Source: Candidatus Parcubacteria bacterium
GTDB taxonomy: Bacteria; Patescibacteriota; Minisyncoccia; Phycocordibacterales; JBAYGS01
Direction of reading: 5' to 3'
Length of the DNA: 64,000 nucleotides
Assembly (NCBI GenBank): GCA_039795895.1
Contig: JBDKKW010000002.1
Location: 7,347 to 71,346 of the forward strand
Position 1 is the stretch's first letter, and every line of letters begins with the position of its first letter. Shown here in pieces: positions 1-9,188 of the stretch. The notes under the pieces were generated by a model that was not told where the DNA came from, did no database searches, and was given only the letters and a program-made list of their open reading frames with translations. The position numbers were made by a program, and so were the translations under genes.

Positions 1-84
1 AAGTGTGCCATCAAGCACAGATTCACCTGGATGAATATCTAAACCCGCTATTACTTCGTGTAAAAGAACTGGGATGTGAGTCAT
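1..84 (-). CDS. rsmH: 16S rRNA (cytosine1402-N4)-methyltransferase RsmH, N-terminal fragment (gene runs off the window edge)
   Basis: Reverse complement of 1-84 translates MTHIPVLLHEVIAGLDIHPGESVLDGTL, a typical RsmH/MraW N-terminus. It lies directly downstream of mraZ, as in the dcw cluster. Confidence 0.55.
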   Translation of the reverse strand, partial: MTHIPVLLHEVIAGLDIHPGESVLDGTL

Positions 85-151
85 AAAAGAAGTGGGGAAA
101 ATATCTAAGTCCTAAATTATAATTTCTAATTACTTATCCCCAAGAATCAAT

Positions 152-258
152 TAAATTGCTTTAGATGCGCGAAGCCGATGAGCACCGCGACCAAGCTGTA
201 GATGGAGCTACTGCGCGGGAGCGGGCGGAGTCGGCGACAAAGCAGATGAAGTAATTTT
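152..258. repeat. GC-rich intergenic repeat of about 105 bp, copy 1 (inverted relative to copy 3)
   Basis: About 95% identical to the reverse complement of 32852-32958. A diverged copy lies at 20836-20905. Confidence 0.8.
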
Positions 259-267
259 ATTGATTCC

Positions 268-702
268 CTAGAATACACCGATGCCACCGAGCTTCTGAGC
301 AAGTACGTCGCCTTGTTTCTCAATCTTGCTCTTGTACTCAATCCATACTGCTTCGTTCCACATTTCTACTCGGTCGTGGACACCTGCAAACACCACTTTT
401 TCTGACAAACTAGCAAACTGCTTCAAAAACTCTGGGATCAAGACGCGACCAATACTATCGACTTCAGCTTCCACTGCTCCCGCAAACATAAATCGGTTGA
501 ATCCACGTGTATCCGCCTGACCCATGCCGAGCGTACCGATTTTTTCTGCAATTTTTTTCCACGCGAGTACTGGGTACACAAAGAGACAATTGTCGAGACC
601 GCGAGTGATGACCACTTTCTTCCCCATCTCCTTTCGAAATTTTGAAGGAAGTGAAATACGACTCTTGTCGTCGATACTGTGTGTGTACTCGCCGATAAAC
701 AT
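268..702 (-). CDS. mraZ: Transcriptional regulator MraZ
   Basis: 144 aa with duplicated MraZ-type halves (DDKSRISLP ... DSIGRVLIP). It sits upstream of rsmH in the conserved dcw arrangement. Confidence 0.88.
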   Translation of the reverse strand: MFIGEYTHSIDDKSRISLPSKFRKEMGKKVVITRGLDNCLFVYPVLAWKKIAEKIGTLGMGQADTRGFNRFMFAGAVEAEVDSIGRVLIPEFLKQFASLSEKVVFAGVHDRVEMWNEAVWIEYKSKIEKQGDVLAQKLGGIGVF

Positions 703-965
703 TATCTTTGAGAATTAGGATTGCGAAGTACTTTTACCAATGGCCGGAATTTAACACCAGTCATCTGCAGACGAACGACATTTACTTTCACGCCGTCGAT
801 AGAAACACGAGAGATCTTTTGTATGATTTTCATAGTGTTTTTTGTATTAGTTGCTGAGAAAAAAATAATTCCCCAATTACTTTTTTCCCACTTCATCCCA
901 CTTGGGTATAAGTATATAACACTTCATACCACTAGCAAACAGGGTTATCCCCAGATACTCACTCC

Positions 966-1054
966 TTCGTGGGTTTTAAAAACACGATAAAATCCTGCTG
1001 GATTTTTCTCTACTCGACCTCAACGGCCTCCGTAAAGTTTTTAAAACCCACGAA
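966..1054. repeat. Hairpin-in-hairpin inverted-repeat element A (18-bp perfect inverted repeat ttcgtgggttttaaaaac, 52-nt spacer with internal hairpin) in the mraZ upstream region
   Basis: Arms at 966-983 and 1037-1054 are exact reverse complements. The spacer contains aaaatcctgctggatttt. Confidence 0.7.
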
Positions 1055-1118
1055 CTCGTTCGTTCAAGAAGGGATTCGCGGTTTCAGTATTTATCTCTAT
1101 TATTTTGCACTTACGATA

Positions 1119-1156
1119 TAAAATAAAAAACCGCTCCGAGGAGCCTCGGGGCGGTT
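1119..1156 (-). terminator. Rho-independent terminator (hairpin ccgctccgagg/cctcggggcgg flanked by A and T runs) downstream of ORF 1202-1501
   Basis: GC-rich stem-loop followed by a T-run on the minus strand. Confidence 0.55.
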
Positions 1157-1201
1157 TGGAAAGATGTTATTACCAAGCTATGCCTTGTGCGAAACAAGAT
1201 C

Positions 1202-1501
1202 CTACTCAGCCAAATCTCCTGTAAGCATTTTTTGATATGCTCTGCGAAATTCAATTTCCCGTAACGAGTCATATGGGTATTCATTCCGCGAGTCTCTCGG
1301 TTGCCCATCAATGTACTGGGCGCGACTCGGAGAACCAGGGCACACAACCTCTCCGTTAGGTCCAATTACCGGAAGAAAATGCCGACTTTGCATAAGAACT
1401 GCCGTAACCAGCCCCTCATCCATAAGAGCAAGGAGTACGGCAACATCGTTTGTGGGTGGCACAGTACAACCGCACTTATCACAGGTGAGTATCAATTTCA
1501 T
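1202..1501 (-). CDS. Hypothetical small protein with CxxC pair (zinc-ribbon-like)
   Basis: 99-aa ORF (LTCDKCGC ... VVCPGS) with terminator hairpins on both flanks. Confidence 0.4.
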   Translation of the reverse strand: MKLILTCDKCGCTVPPTNDVAVLLALMDEGLVTAVLMQSRHFLPVIGPNGEVVCPGSPSRAQYIDGQPRDSRNEYPYDSLREIEFRRAYQKMLTGDLAE

Positions 1502-1610
1502 AAAGAACCTTTCTTTGGGACGATGGATCCGCGTGAGCGGTTTGTATGTTTATCCATCTTTCTGGTATAGATTATACATATGTTGATACCAAAGTCAATA
1601 GTATACCCCT

Positions 1611-1642
1611 AAATAAAAACCGCTCTCCGAAGAGGGCGGTTT
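1611..1642 (-). terminator. Rho-independent terminator downstream of ORF 1649-2275
   Basis: aaaaaccgctctccgaagagggcggttt; hairpin with a T-run on the minus strand. Confidence 0.55.
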
Positions 1643-1648
1643 GCGAGA

Positions 1649-2275
1649 TTATTGTTCTTCCAAAAGAGCCTTGGAAACAAGAAACCTAAATTGGCCACAG
1701 AACTCTTGTAGTTTACGAGCGCGTTCGACGCGTCCGTATTCGTCGATAGCATAGGCTCGGTACGCACCAATCACTTGTCGAAACAAGGTCTTCATCACAC
1801 CACGACAAGCAACAAACTCTGTCAGACGATTATCAGTCATAACCGATACCGCAACTTCAAGTGGGGTGGTGTTGCAAATCAAAGCACCATGTATTTCTGA
1901 TGTCCGATTCACCTCAAGCAGACAACCATCACTTCTCAAACAAACGCCACGTTCGATCCATCTATGCAAAGACCGATCGCAATCACCAATTTGGTTACTG
2001 CACTTCAGGGGAATCAAGCACCGCACATGATCAGCCCATGTGATGTCTGGCCCGAGCTTTGTCACGGAATCAAACTGCCGCAGACCTTTGTCATACAACT
2101 CATGAGGCTCACCCAGAGGTATCTTCACAAAGGACGGGAGACTAGAGGCAATAAACTCAATCACCCCTCGCAAGACCTTAACCTGCCCCAAAGGCGAGAG
2201 CTTATCAAAACTAGCTTCGATATTCTTATCACCGGAAAGTAACGATTCATCGGACCGTAAAGCAACATCATTCAT
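1649..2275 (-). CDS. Hypothetical protein
   Basis: 208-aa ORF with no recognisable motifs. It is bounded by terminator hairpins. Confidence 0.45.
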   Translation of the reverse strand: MNDVALRSDESLLSGDKNIEASFDKLSPLGQVKVLRGVIEFIASSLPSFVKIPLGEPHELYDKGLRQFDSVTKLGPDITWADHVRCLIPLKCSNQIGDCDRSLHRWIERGVCLRSDGCLLEVNRTSEIHGALICNTTPLEVAVSVMTDNRLTEFVACRGVMKTLFRQVIGAYRAYAIDEYGRVERARKLQEFCGQFRFLVSKALLEEQ

Positions 2276-2415
2276 GCCAATTCCTTTTTTTATAGAACCC
2301 TTCTATTTCAAAAGATACAGGCGACTGTTAGATTTGTCAATGATCGCCTCCCCGACTTGCTTTTTGGAAGCATGATTGCTAGATTGGCTACGGAATTAAC
2401 AGAAAGGTTCTTTAT

Positions 2416-2766
2416 ATGAATGTCAGACTTCAAGCTAGCTTGTTTATGCCCAACGCCCTCCAGTGGGTTGGTGGAGCAAACCCCGCCATCGCTACTTTCG
2501 AGGGAGAATACGACTTACGAGTCGAAAATACCAAGGCTCTTGCGAATCTGTTTGCAAGAAAGCAATTCTTCTGTGGGTGTGATTTTGAAATCGTGACGTA
2601 TCGCGAGGACGAGAATCGACTCATTTTCAGAAGTAATGTCCCGGCCAAGAACATGACTGGTGTCAGGGACTTTTTGAAAACCAACATTATCAACCACCTC
2701 GGCTGGACCATAAACCAGAAGGAACTGGAGCGCTACGCCAGGGCTTTAGAAGAAGCCATCTTTTAA
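2416..2766 (+). CDS. Hypothetical protein
   Basis: 116-aa ORF followed by a plus-strand hairpin and T-run terminator at 2771-2800. Confidence 0.5.
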   Translation: MNVRLQASLFMPNALQWVGGANPAIATFEGEYDLRVENTKALANLFARKQFFCGCDFEIVTYREDENRLIFRSNVPAKNMTGVRDFLKTNIINHLGWTINQKELERYARALEEAIF

Positions 2767-2770
2767 CAAA

Positions 2771-2800
2771 AATCCCACCATACTCTGGTGGGATTTTCTA
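2771..2800 (+). terminator. Rho-independent terminator
   Basis: aatcccaccatactctggtgggatttt stem-loop followed by a T-run. Confidence 0.6.
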
Positions 2801-2807
2801 TTTCAAA

Positions 2808-4394
2808 TTAACCAATCACCTCTTTCAGTCTTTGTATTAAAAACTCCTTATCAAGCACGCTCAAAAACCAACCAGCTTTAGGTCCTGAAGTCTTACCTAA
2901 GACACTCATATAGATAGCCTCAAATAGTTCCTTTGGTGAGATATTGCATCGAGTTTTCATTTCATGAAGTTCGGTATGCAGAAGCTGACCATCGAGTACG
3001 GTCTGTTTTTCGACATACATTAAAAGCGATTTGAGAGCTTCTTTTTGGACAACACTGAAAGATTTTGTGCCTTCTGGGAGAGTCTTTTGAATTTCAAACT
3101 TATAATTCTCTGGCGCATAGCCTGAGAGCCATCGCGAAGCACACTTAGCACGACGCTCAAGCTCTTCCCTGTCTCGTTTGTCTAATTTCACTTCTTCGAG
3201 CTTCTCGATCTCATCTCCGAGGGTCAAATGTGGCATCTGCACCAAAAAAGCCACATTTGAAAAACGTGCGAGCACTCTCTTTTCTAAGAAGTCTTTTCGA
3301 AGTGTTGGGGGCTGAAGAAATGGAAACAGTCGAGCGAAGTCGTCGGTGTTACCCGTCCAGAAATTCTTGGCAAAACGATCGTAGCTATCGTAGAGAATCG
3401 GCACGGTATCACCATCTGGTTTAAATTCTACCGTACGCTGTGGCTCCTTTTGCAAAAGTAGCGTGCGTACCATTTCCGGAGGCAACAGATCTGCCACTTC
3501 TCGTGACGAAGCACCTGCACCCTTTGATGAAGACATTTTTGCACCACCTACTTGCACAAATTCGTATGGAATATTGATCGGCGGTTCACGCTTAAAGACT
3601 TCACGAGAAATAGTATCCGCTATATCTCGCGATCCTCCGCGAGTACTGTGATCCTTGCCTCCGCCTTCGACATCTACATCAAGTACAGTGAATTTTGCCG
3701 CCCATTCTACCTTCCAGGGAAGCTTGGCGTTGCCATCAAACGGAGACACTCGGCCAGTCTTTCCACAACCCTTTGCCCATTCAACAAAATCACCACAGAT
3801 GTACTCTACAGTCTTGCCATCCCAATCTCGTGCTTTGGTAGAACCAATCTTGCCACAATTCTCGCATTTGACTGCAAGTGGAAGCCAGTCAGGATTTTTG
3901 ACCGCACCAGAGACACGCTGATAGATTTCACGAATCAAGCCCGCTTTTTCGAGACTCGTCTTGATCACCTCATTGTATTTTCCACTACGATACAAATCAC
4001 TCGAGCGATAGTGTGTCGGGGTGTAGCCGATTTCCTTTATCACTCCCGTAAATTCATCACCAAAATATTCAGCGTAGTTTTTTGCCTTGTTGTCAGGAGA
4101 CGACACATCACACAAAGGCTTACCCATGTGGGGCAAAAAAGTCTTCTGGTCGAGATACACCGGCAAACCATCCATCGGATCAAAATCATTGAGCTCAAAG
4201 AGGAAGGTGTGTGGTAGTTTCTTTTCAGCTAGGATTTCGGCGATCATACCATGTATCGCCACCCCTCGAAGCGAGCCAATATGTACTCGTCCAGACAAGG
4301 TCTTCTCATCACGAATAATAACCGGCTTTCCGGCTTTTATTTTGTCCGCACAACGAATCTTGATTTGTTCGACGATAGAGTCAGCCCAGAGCAT
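2808..4394 (-). CDS. lysK: Lysyl-tRNA synthetase, class I (archaeal/CPR type)
   Basis: Class I aaRS HIGH-like motif (VHIGSLRG) and KMSKS-like motif (KMSSSKG); about 528 aa if the start is MLWADS at 4394. The ORF track extends to 4526, but that extension is probably untranslated. Confidence 0.85.
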   Translation of the reverse strand: MLWADSIVEQIKIRCADKIKAGKPVIIRDEKTLSGRVHIGSLRGVAIHGMIAEILAEKKLPHTFLFELNDFDPMDGLPVYLDQKTFLPHMGKPLCDVSSPDNKAKNYAEYFGDEFTGVIKEIGYTPTHYRSSDLYRSGKYNEVIKTSLEKAGLIREIYQRVSGAVKNPDWLPLAVKCENCGKIGSTKARDWDGKTVEYICGDFVEWAKGCGKTGRVSPFDGNAKLPWKVEWAAKFTVLDVDVEGGGKDHSTRGGSRDIADTISREVFKREPPINIPYEFVQVGGAKMSSSKGAGASSREVADLLPPEMVRTLLLQKEPQRTVEFKPDGDTVPILYDSYDRFAKNFWTGNTDDFARLFPFLQPPTLRKDFLEKRVLARFSNVAFLVQMPHLTLGDEIEKLEEVKLDKRDREELERRAKCASRWLSGYAPENYKFEIQKTLPEGTKSFSVVQKEALKSLLMYVEKQTVLDGQLLHTELHEMKTRCNISPKELFEAIYMSVLGKTSGPKAGWFLSVLDKEFLIQRLKEVIG

Positions 4395-4623
4395 GAGAGA
4401 AGTATATAGTAAAGAGTAAAGAGTTGCCACTCTTTGATTCAACTTCGACTCGAACACTGTGTACAATAAGAATTGTCCACGTGCTTCTCGCTCGTTGAAA
4501 TAAAAAGTATGAAGACTAAGATACACTCAAAAATCCCTCCCCGGTATCAGAATACCGGTGTGCTCCCTTTTGCAAAGGGAGAATATGAATAGAGGAAAAA
4601 TAAGGAATCCCTTCTTGAACGAG

Positions 4624-4716
4624 CGAGGGTGTCCATTTTAAAACATTGCGCAGGCGGGTAGCCGAGCATAGCAAATTTTCAGCAGAAAATTATGCGCGTT
4701 TTAAAATGGACACCCG
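4624..4716. repeat. Hairpin-in-hairpin inverted-repeat element B (19-bp inverted repeat ggtgtccattttaaaac, 53-nt spacer with internal hairpin) in the lysK leader
   Basis: Arms at 4624-4644 and 4698-4716. It has the same architecture as element A and shares the ttttaaaac inner ends. Confidence 0.7.
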
Positions 4717-4725
4717 AGCGAGTCT

Positions 4726-5193
4726 TTATTCGATGGAAACGACAGTATACTGCATCACCCCCGATGGAGATTTGAAAGAAACTTCATCACCCTTCTTCTT
4801 GCCCATAAGTGCCTGACCAAATGGAGATCGATTTGAGAGCTTGCCTTGGAGCATATTCGTCTCCTCAGAACCCACAATCTTCCACACTTTGGTTGCCTTA
4901 TCACTATTCTTTCGCACTGTTACAGTTGAACCGATTTCCACCTTGTCAGTGTGATGGAACGAGACAATTTTTGCATCCTGAAGAATCGTTTCGATTTTGC
5001 GAATACGCTCTTCAATAGTAGCTTGCATCTCACGAGCCTCCTGGTACTCTGCGTTTTCAGAAAGATCGCCGAGTGATTTTGCAGACTCCAAATTTTCAGC
5101 AACCTGCTTGCGCTTGGTGTGCTTCAATTCAGTGAGCTCGAGAGTCAATTCATCAAATTTTTCTTTGGTTAAATATTCAGTTTGAGCATTCAT
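4726..5193 (-). CDS. greA: Transcription elongation factor GreA
   Basis: 155 aa with an N-terminal coiled-coil (LTKEKFDELTLELTELK ... AENLESAKSLGDLSENAEY) and a C-terminal FKBP-like domain, typical of GreA. Confidence 0.88.
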   Translation of the reverse strand: MNAQTEYLTKEKFDELTLELTELKHTKRKQVAENLESAKSLGDLSENAEYQEAREMQATIEERIRKIETILQDAKIVSFHHTDKVEIGSTVTVRKNSDKATKVWKIVGSEETNMLQGKLSNRSPFGQALMGKKKGDEVSFKSPSGVMQYTVVSIE

Positions 5194-5274
5194 ATATTGT
5201 ATAACTATGGAGGAAGTATAATCGTTTCCTGTCTAATGTCAATGGTATACACCTCAATACCTCGTTAAAAATGG

Positions 5275-6987
5275 CTATTCTGCTAGGTATTCTGGCGTAT
5301 TGACCGACATCCACTCGATAAATTGACGGACCACGAAGAGCGCTCCGATCACATTATGCCGTGAACCCTTCTCCATCGTTACAGCAAAGGCGTAGCGAGG
5401 ATTTTTGTATGGGAAAAAGCCGATTACCCACGAGTTCACTTTCTCTTTCGATACCCCGAGTTCTGCGGTACCGGTCTTTGCCGCAATTTCTACTTGAGGA
5501 ATATTCAAACCTTTTGCAGTACCCATAAGGACGCCTTTTCGCATCCCCTCCTTCACCACAAGAATCGCATCTTTATCGATTGGCAACACTTCAGCCGAGG
5601 TTGCCTCGTCTTGTCCAAGTCGAGTAATAACCGGGGTGAGCAATGTGCCGTCATTCGCAATCGCCGACACCGCACGAGCGGCCTGAAGTGGTGTCGCCTG
5701 AAATCCATACTGACCAATTGAGGTGTAGTACGTGTCTCCAAGTCGCCACTCTTCACCTTTAAAATTTTTCTTTTTCCATTCCGGATCTGGAATAATACCC
5801 GATGTACCCGCAAAAAAGTCTCCTGGTACCACTTCACCAAAACCAAACATTCGATAATACTTTTCGAGCTTGGTAATACCCAAACCTCGCTGACCCTCAA
5901 ACCCTCCTCCTACTTCATAAAAATAAACGTTTGAAGAAACGGCGAGTGCTGTGCGCATATCTACCCAGCCGTGCGCTTTCCAGTCGGTAAACACTGATTT
6001 TACGTCGGGATTATAGGGACTCTGAATTGAAATTGAGCCAGTACTCAAGATTTCCTTTGCTGGGTCAATGATTGATTCAGTGAGCGCACCCAGAGCCACA
6101 AACGGCTTCACAATCGAACCTGGAGTATAGAGTCCATTGACCGCACGATTCAGGAAAGGACGATTAGGGTCGGTCGTGTACGAATTGATTTTTGCACTAT
6201 CAGTGCCGTCGGTGAGCACTTTTGAGTTATATTCTGGATAGGTAGCGAGCGCCAACACCTCCCCACTGTGCACATCCATAAACACACCAGCGCCACCAGA
6301 GAATCCCACTTCGTGAGCAGTGGCCTGGATAAAATCATGTAGGGCACTTTGCAATCGCACATCAACCGACAGATACAGCGGTGCGCCATCTTTCGGAGGT
6401 TGTGATTGACTCTCACCAGTGATGTGTCCCAAGGCATCTGTCTCAGTGAGCTTCACACCATTTTTACCCACAAGCGAATCGTTGAAGACTTTTTCTACCC
6501 CATCGAGACCGACGAAATCTTCACGAAAATAAAATCCCGTCTTATCTTTGGTTGGATATTTTACATACCCAAGCAAGTTCCCCACTCCAGATACATCAAT
6601 ATATTCTCGGTTGGAAACATCGGGATTTTTAGGATTCACACTGTTCCATGCAAGCAAGGTGTTGTTGCGATCATAGACCACCCCTCGAGAAGCAAAGATG
6701 AGCGAAGGTCGTAACCGATTCTTTTCACTCTTTTCGGCATAGAGAGGGCCGTTGGTCACCTGCAAGCTCCAAATACGGTAGGCAAACATACCGATAATCA
6801 GCACAAAAAAGATACCAACCGACCAAATCGAAATACGCGAGATTGGTCGCTCGATTCTCCCCTCAAACTGATGCACATCAAACTCGGGCAAATTGCTCGA
6901 GTCAAGCATCACCTCATCGGGATCAATTTCCAAATCTTTATATGTGCGTCGAGTCAATCGACGAATAATTCGAGAAAAAGAAAACAT
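5275..6987 (-). CDS. mrdA: Penicillin-binding protein 2 / peptidoglycan D,D-transpeptidase
   Basis: 570 aa with an N-terminal membrane anchor, an SxN motif (SSN) and a KTG motif (AAKTGTAE). It lies immediately after mreBCD. Confidence 0.82.
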   Translation of the reverse strand: MFSFSRIIRRLTRRTYKDLEIDPDEVMLDSSNLPEFDVHQFEGRIERPISRISIWSVGIFFVLIIGMFAYRIWSLQVTNGPLYAEKSEKNRLRPSLIFASRGVVYDRNNTLLAWNSVNPKNPDVSNREYIDVSGVGNLLGYVKYPTKDKTGFYFREDFVGLDGVEKVFNDSLVGKNGVKLTETDALGHITGESQSQPPKDGAPLYLSVDVRLQSALHDFIQATAHEVGFSGGAGVFMDVHSGEVLALATYPEYNSKVLTDGTDSAKINSYTTDPNRPFLNRAVNGLYTPGSIVKPFVALGALTESIIDPAKEILSTGSISIQSPYNPDVKSVFTDWKAHGWVDMRTALAVSSNVYFYEVGGGFEGQRGLGITKLEKYYRMFGFGEVVPGDFFAGTSGIIPDPEWKKKNFKGEEWRLGDTYYTSIGQYGFQATPLQAARAVSAIANDGTLLTPVITRLGQDEATSAEVLPIDKDAILVVKEGMRKGVLMGTAKGLNIPQVEIAAKTGTAELGVSKEKVNSWVIGFFPYKNPRYAFAVTMEKGSRHNVIGALFVVRQFIEWMSVNTPEYLAE

Positions 6988-7022
6988 ACGGCGTTATATC
7001 AATGGAACGTTGCCCCAGTATA

Positions 7023-7304
7023 CTACATTCTGATTCGCAATCGAGCGCGCAACCGTGTCGCTCCAAAGACCAAAAAAGCAACACCAGCTACCACTCCCGC
7101 AATCAGGGTAAAACTCTCTGTATGCCCATACAAGACAGCGTACAAAGCCACAAGCACAATCGCCTCACCATAGGTTTCCACGTACCACATCGCAATCAAG
7201 AGGAGTATACCGAGCACTCGCCAATCGACCACAAACATAGCGCAAAAGAAGAGGACAAAAAGTCCCACCCGAATCACCACTCTGTTTTCTATCTTTTCAC
7301 GCAT
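7023..7304 (-). CDS. mreD: Rod shape-determining protein MreD (putative)
   Basis: 93-aa polytopic membrane protein between mreC and the PBP2 gene; the call rests on synteny. Confidence 0.5.
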   Translation of the reverse strand: MREKIENRVVIRVGLFVLFFCAMFVVDWRVLGILLLIAMWYVETYGEAIVLVALYAVLYGHTESFTLIAGVVAGVAFLVFGATRLRARLRIRM

Positions 7305-7306
7305 AC

Positions 7307-8119
7307 CTAGTGTACCGGTCCGAGATCAACCTCAACAAAACGAGTCTCGGCGAGATTGATCGGACTCTTAAACAAAATTCGCTGGAAAGAATCGTTGGCA
7401 CTCACCACAATCGTCTCGACAACACCGACCGGACGCTTATCGAGCTCAGGAAAGACAACCGTGTCTCCTGATACTACATCGAGTTCGCGAGGGATTCGAG
7501 CATCAAAATTGCCCGCGCCAAGACCAGTCGCGAGCGCAGAAATTCGTGTCTTACCGATAATCACCTGATGCTCTTCGCCTGGTGATGAGAACAACTTCAC
7601 CTTCGACCACGTCGGAGCTACTTCCATAATCGATCCCACTACAGTCCCTTGCACTGACACCTGAGCACCCAAGATTACTCCAAGATTTTTCCCCGCATCA
7701 ATGACTAGTGTGTCGTACGGAGTCTGTGTTGGATTATTGAGAACCGCAGTGAGTAGTGCTCGCTTAAAGGGTGCCCGGCCAAGCATCTCCTTGAGACTGG
7801 CATTTTCATCTCGCAACACACTCAATTGCAAAGCATCTTGATACGAAGCATCTATGCGCGATTGCAATGCTTTTTGATTCTCAATGAGACTTTCTTTGGT
7901 GTGTACCAATGACACAAGGGATGCGAATTTTTCACTGACTGACTGCGATACTCCCCACAGTGGCGCACCCATAAAGACGAGCATTCGTGAAATCGGATTG
8001 AATCCAAACAATCGCACAACAAGCAAGACAAGCAACGCACCCACACCAACTACAAGCAGTGTTCGATTTCCCGAATCTTTTTGTCGTTTAGTTTTTAAGA
8101 GGTAAATCATGATCGTCAT
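7307..8119 (-). CDS. mreC: Rod shape-determining protein MreC
   Basis: 270 aa with an N-terminal transmembrane segment, a coiled-coil (LQSRIDASYQDALQLSVLRDENASLKEML) and a beta-rich C-terminus. It overlaps mreB by 32 nt. Confidence 0.82.
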   Translation of the reverse strand: MTIMIYLLKTKRQKDSGNRTLLVVGVGALLVLLVVRLFGFNPISRMLVFMGAPLWGVSQSVSEKFASLVSLVHTKESLIENQKALQSRIDASYQDALQLSVLRDENASLKEMLGRAPFKRALLTAVLNNPTQTPYDTLVIDAGKNLGVILGAQVSVQGTVVGSIMEVAPTWSKVKLFSSPGEEHQVIIGKTRISALATGLGAGNFDARIPRELDVVSGDTVVFPELDKRPVGVVETIVVSANDSFQRILFKSPINLAETRFVEVDLGPVH

Positions 8120-9188
8120 CCTCGATTAAGACTTCACGGAACGTACGCAAATCTTCAAGAATAATACCTGTCCCTCGGGCAATCGCCGTTAGCGGATCAT
8201 CAGCGACATGCACGGGAATCTTCAAAAATTCTTGAAGGAGCGCATCAAGACCCTTGATCAAAGCTCCCCCACCCACCATATAAATACCTCTTTGCATCAC
8301 ATCGGCGAGGATTTCAGGTGGGGTGGTTTCGAGCACCTGCTTGACCGACTCGACGAGGGTATCGATCGACTGTGCCATCGCTTCTCGAATATCAGCATCA
8401 GTGATCACCACTTCGCGAGGAAGCCCGGTCACGAGGTCTCGTCCACGAATCGTCATCTCGAGTGCTGGTCGATCAGGCATCACCACACCGATAGCAATTT
8501 TGACCTCCTCGGCAGTCTTTTCACCAATCAAAATTTTAAACTCACTGCGGATGTACGAGATGATGTCGTTGTTGAGCTTGTCACCGGCGATTTTGAGATT
8601 TTTTGAACGAACAATACCGCCAAGTGAGATCACTGCGATATCAGTCGTCCCGCCACCAATATCAATCACCATATTTCCCACCGGCTCCATCACCGGCAGA
8701 CGAATACCGATCGCTCCCGCCATTGGTTGCTCCACCACAAACACCTCTCGTGCGCCGGCATTACGAGTGGCATCGCGTACTGCGCGAGTCTCTACGTTGG
8801 TCACACCAGATGGCACACCCACCACTACGCGCGGACCAAACATCTTTTTGTGTTCACGCTGGCACTTGTTCATCAAATACAAAATCATCTCTTCGGTCAC
8901 CTCGAAATCAGAAATCACTCCGTCGACAAGTGGTCGTACCGCCGTGATGTGTGCAGGTGTGCGTCCGAGCATTTGCTTGGCTTCCTTTCCTACTGCCACC
9001 ACTCGACCGGTCTTGCCATTCACCGCCACCACCGACGGCTCATTGATCACAATCCCCTTGCCACGCAAATACAAGAGCGTATTCGCCGTACCCAAATCAA
9101 TCCCAATATCATGACTAAGTAGGGAGTATAATTTTTCGAGATGTTTTTGTATCATAAAAGTATTAAGCAGTATTTTCTGAATCCTCAC
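8088..9188 (-). CDS. mreB: Rod shape-determining protein MreB (actin-like ATPase)
   Basis: IGIDLGTANTLLY ... NEPSVVAV ... DIGGGTTDIAVIS actin-fold motifs; 366 aa. Confidence 0.9.
   Translation of the reverse strand: MRIQKILLNTFMIQKHLEKLYSLLSHDIGIDLGTANTLLYLRGKGIVINEPSVVAVNGKTGRVVAVGKEAKQMLGRTPAHITAVRPLVDGVISDFEVTEEMILYLMNKCQREHKKMFGPRVVVGVPSGVTNVETRAVRDATRNAGAREVFVVEQPMAGAIGIRLPVMEPVGNMVIDIGGGTTDIAVISLGGIVRSKNLKIAGDKLNNDIISYIRSEFKILIGEKTAEEVKIAIGVVMPDRPALEMTIRGRDLVTGLPREVVITDADIREAMAQSIDTLVESVKQVLETTPPEILADVMQRGIYMVGGGALIKGLDALLQEFLKIPVHVADDPLTAIARGTGIILEDLRTFREVLIEDDDHDLPLKN

Noticed and set aside
147-341. ORFs 147-341 (-), 20747-20947 (-) and the ddl N-terminal extension 20814-20897
   Set aside because: They are read-throughs of the GC-rich repeat of about 100 bp. 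The same DNA would have to encode unrelated peptides in different frames at the three loci.
4395-4725. Canonical T-box riboswitch upstream of lysK
   Set aside because: The T-box consensus AGGGTGGNACCGCG and a specifier-loop arrangement are not present on the transcribed strand. Only a generic attenuator-like terminator is visible.
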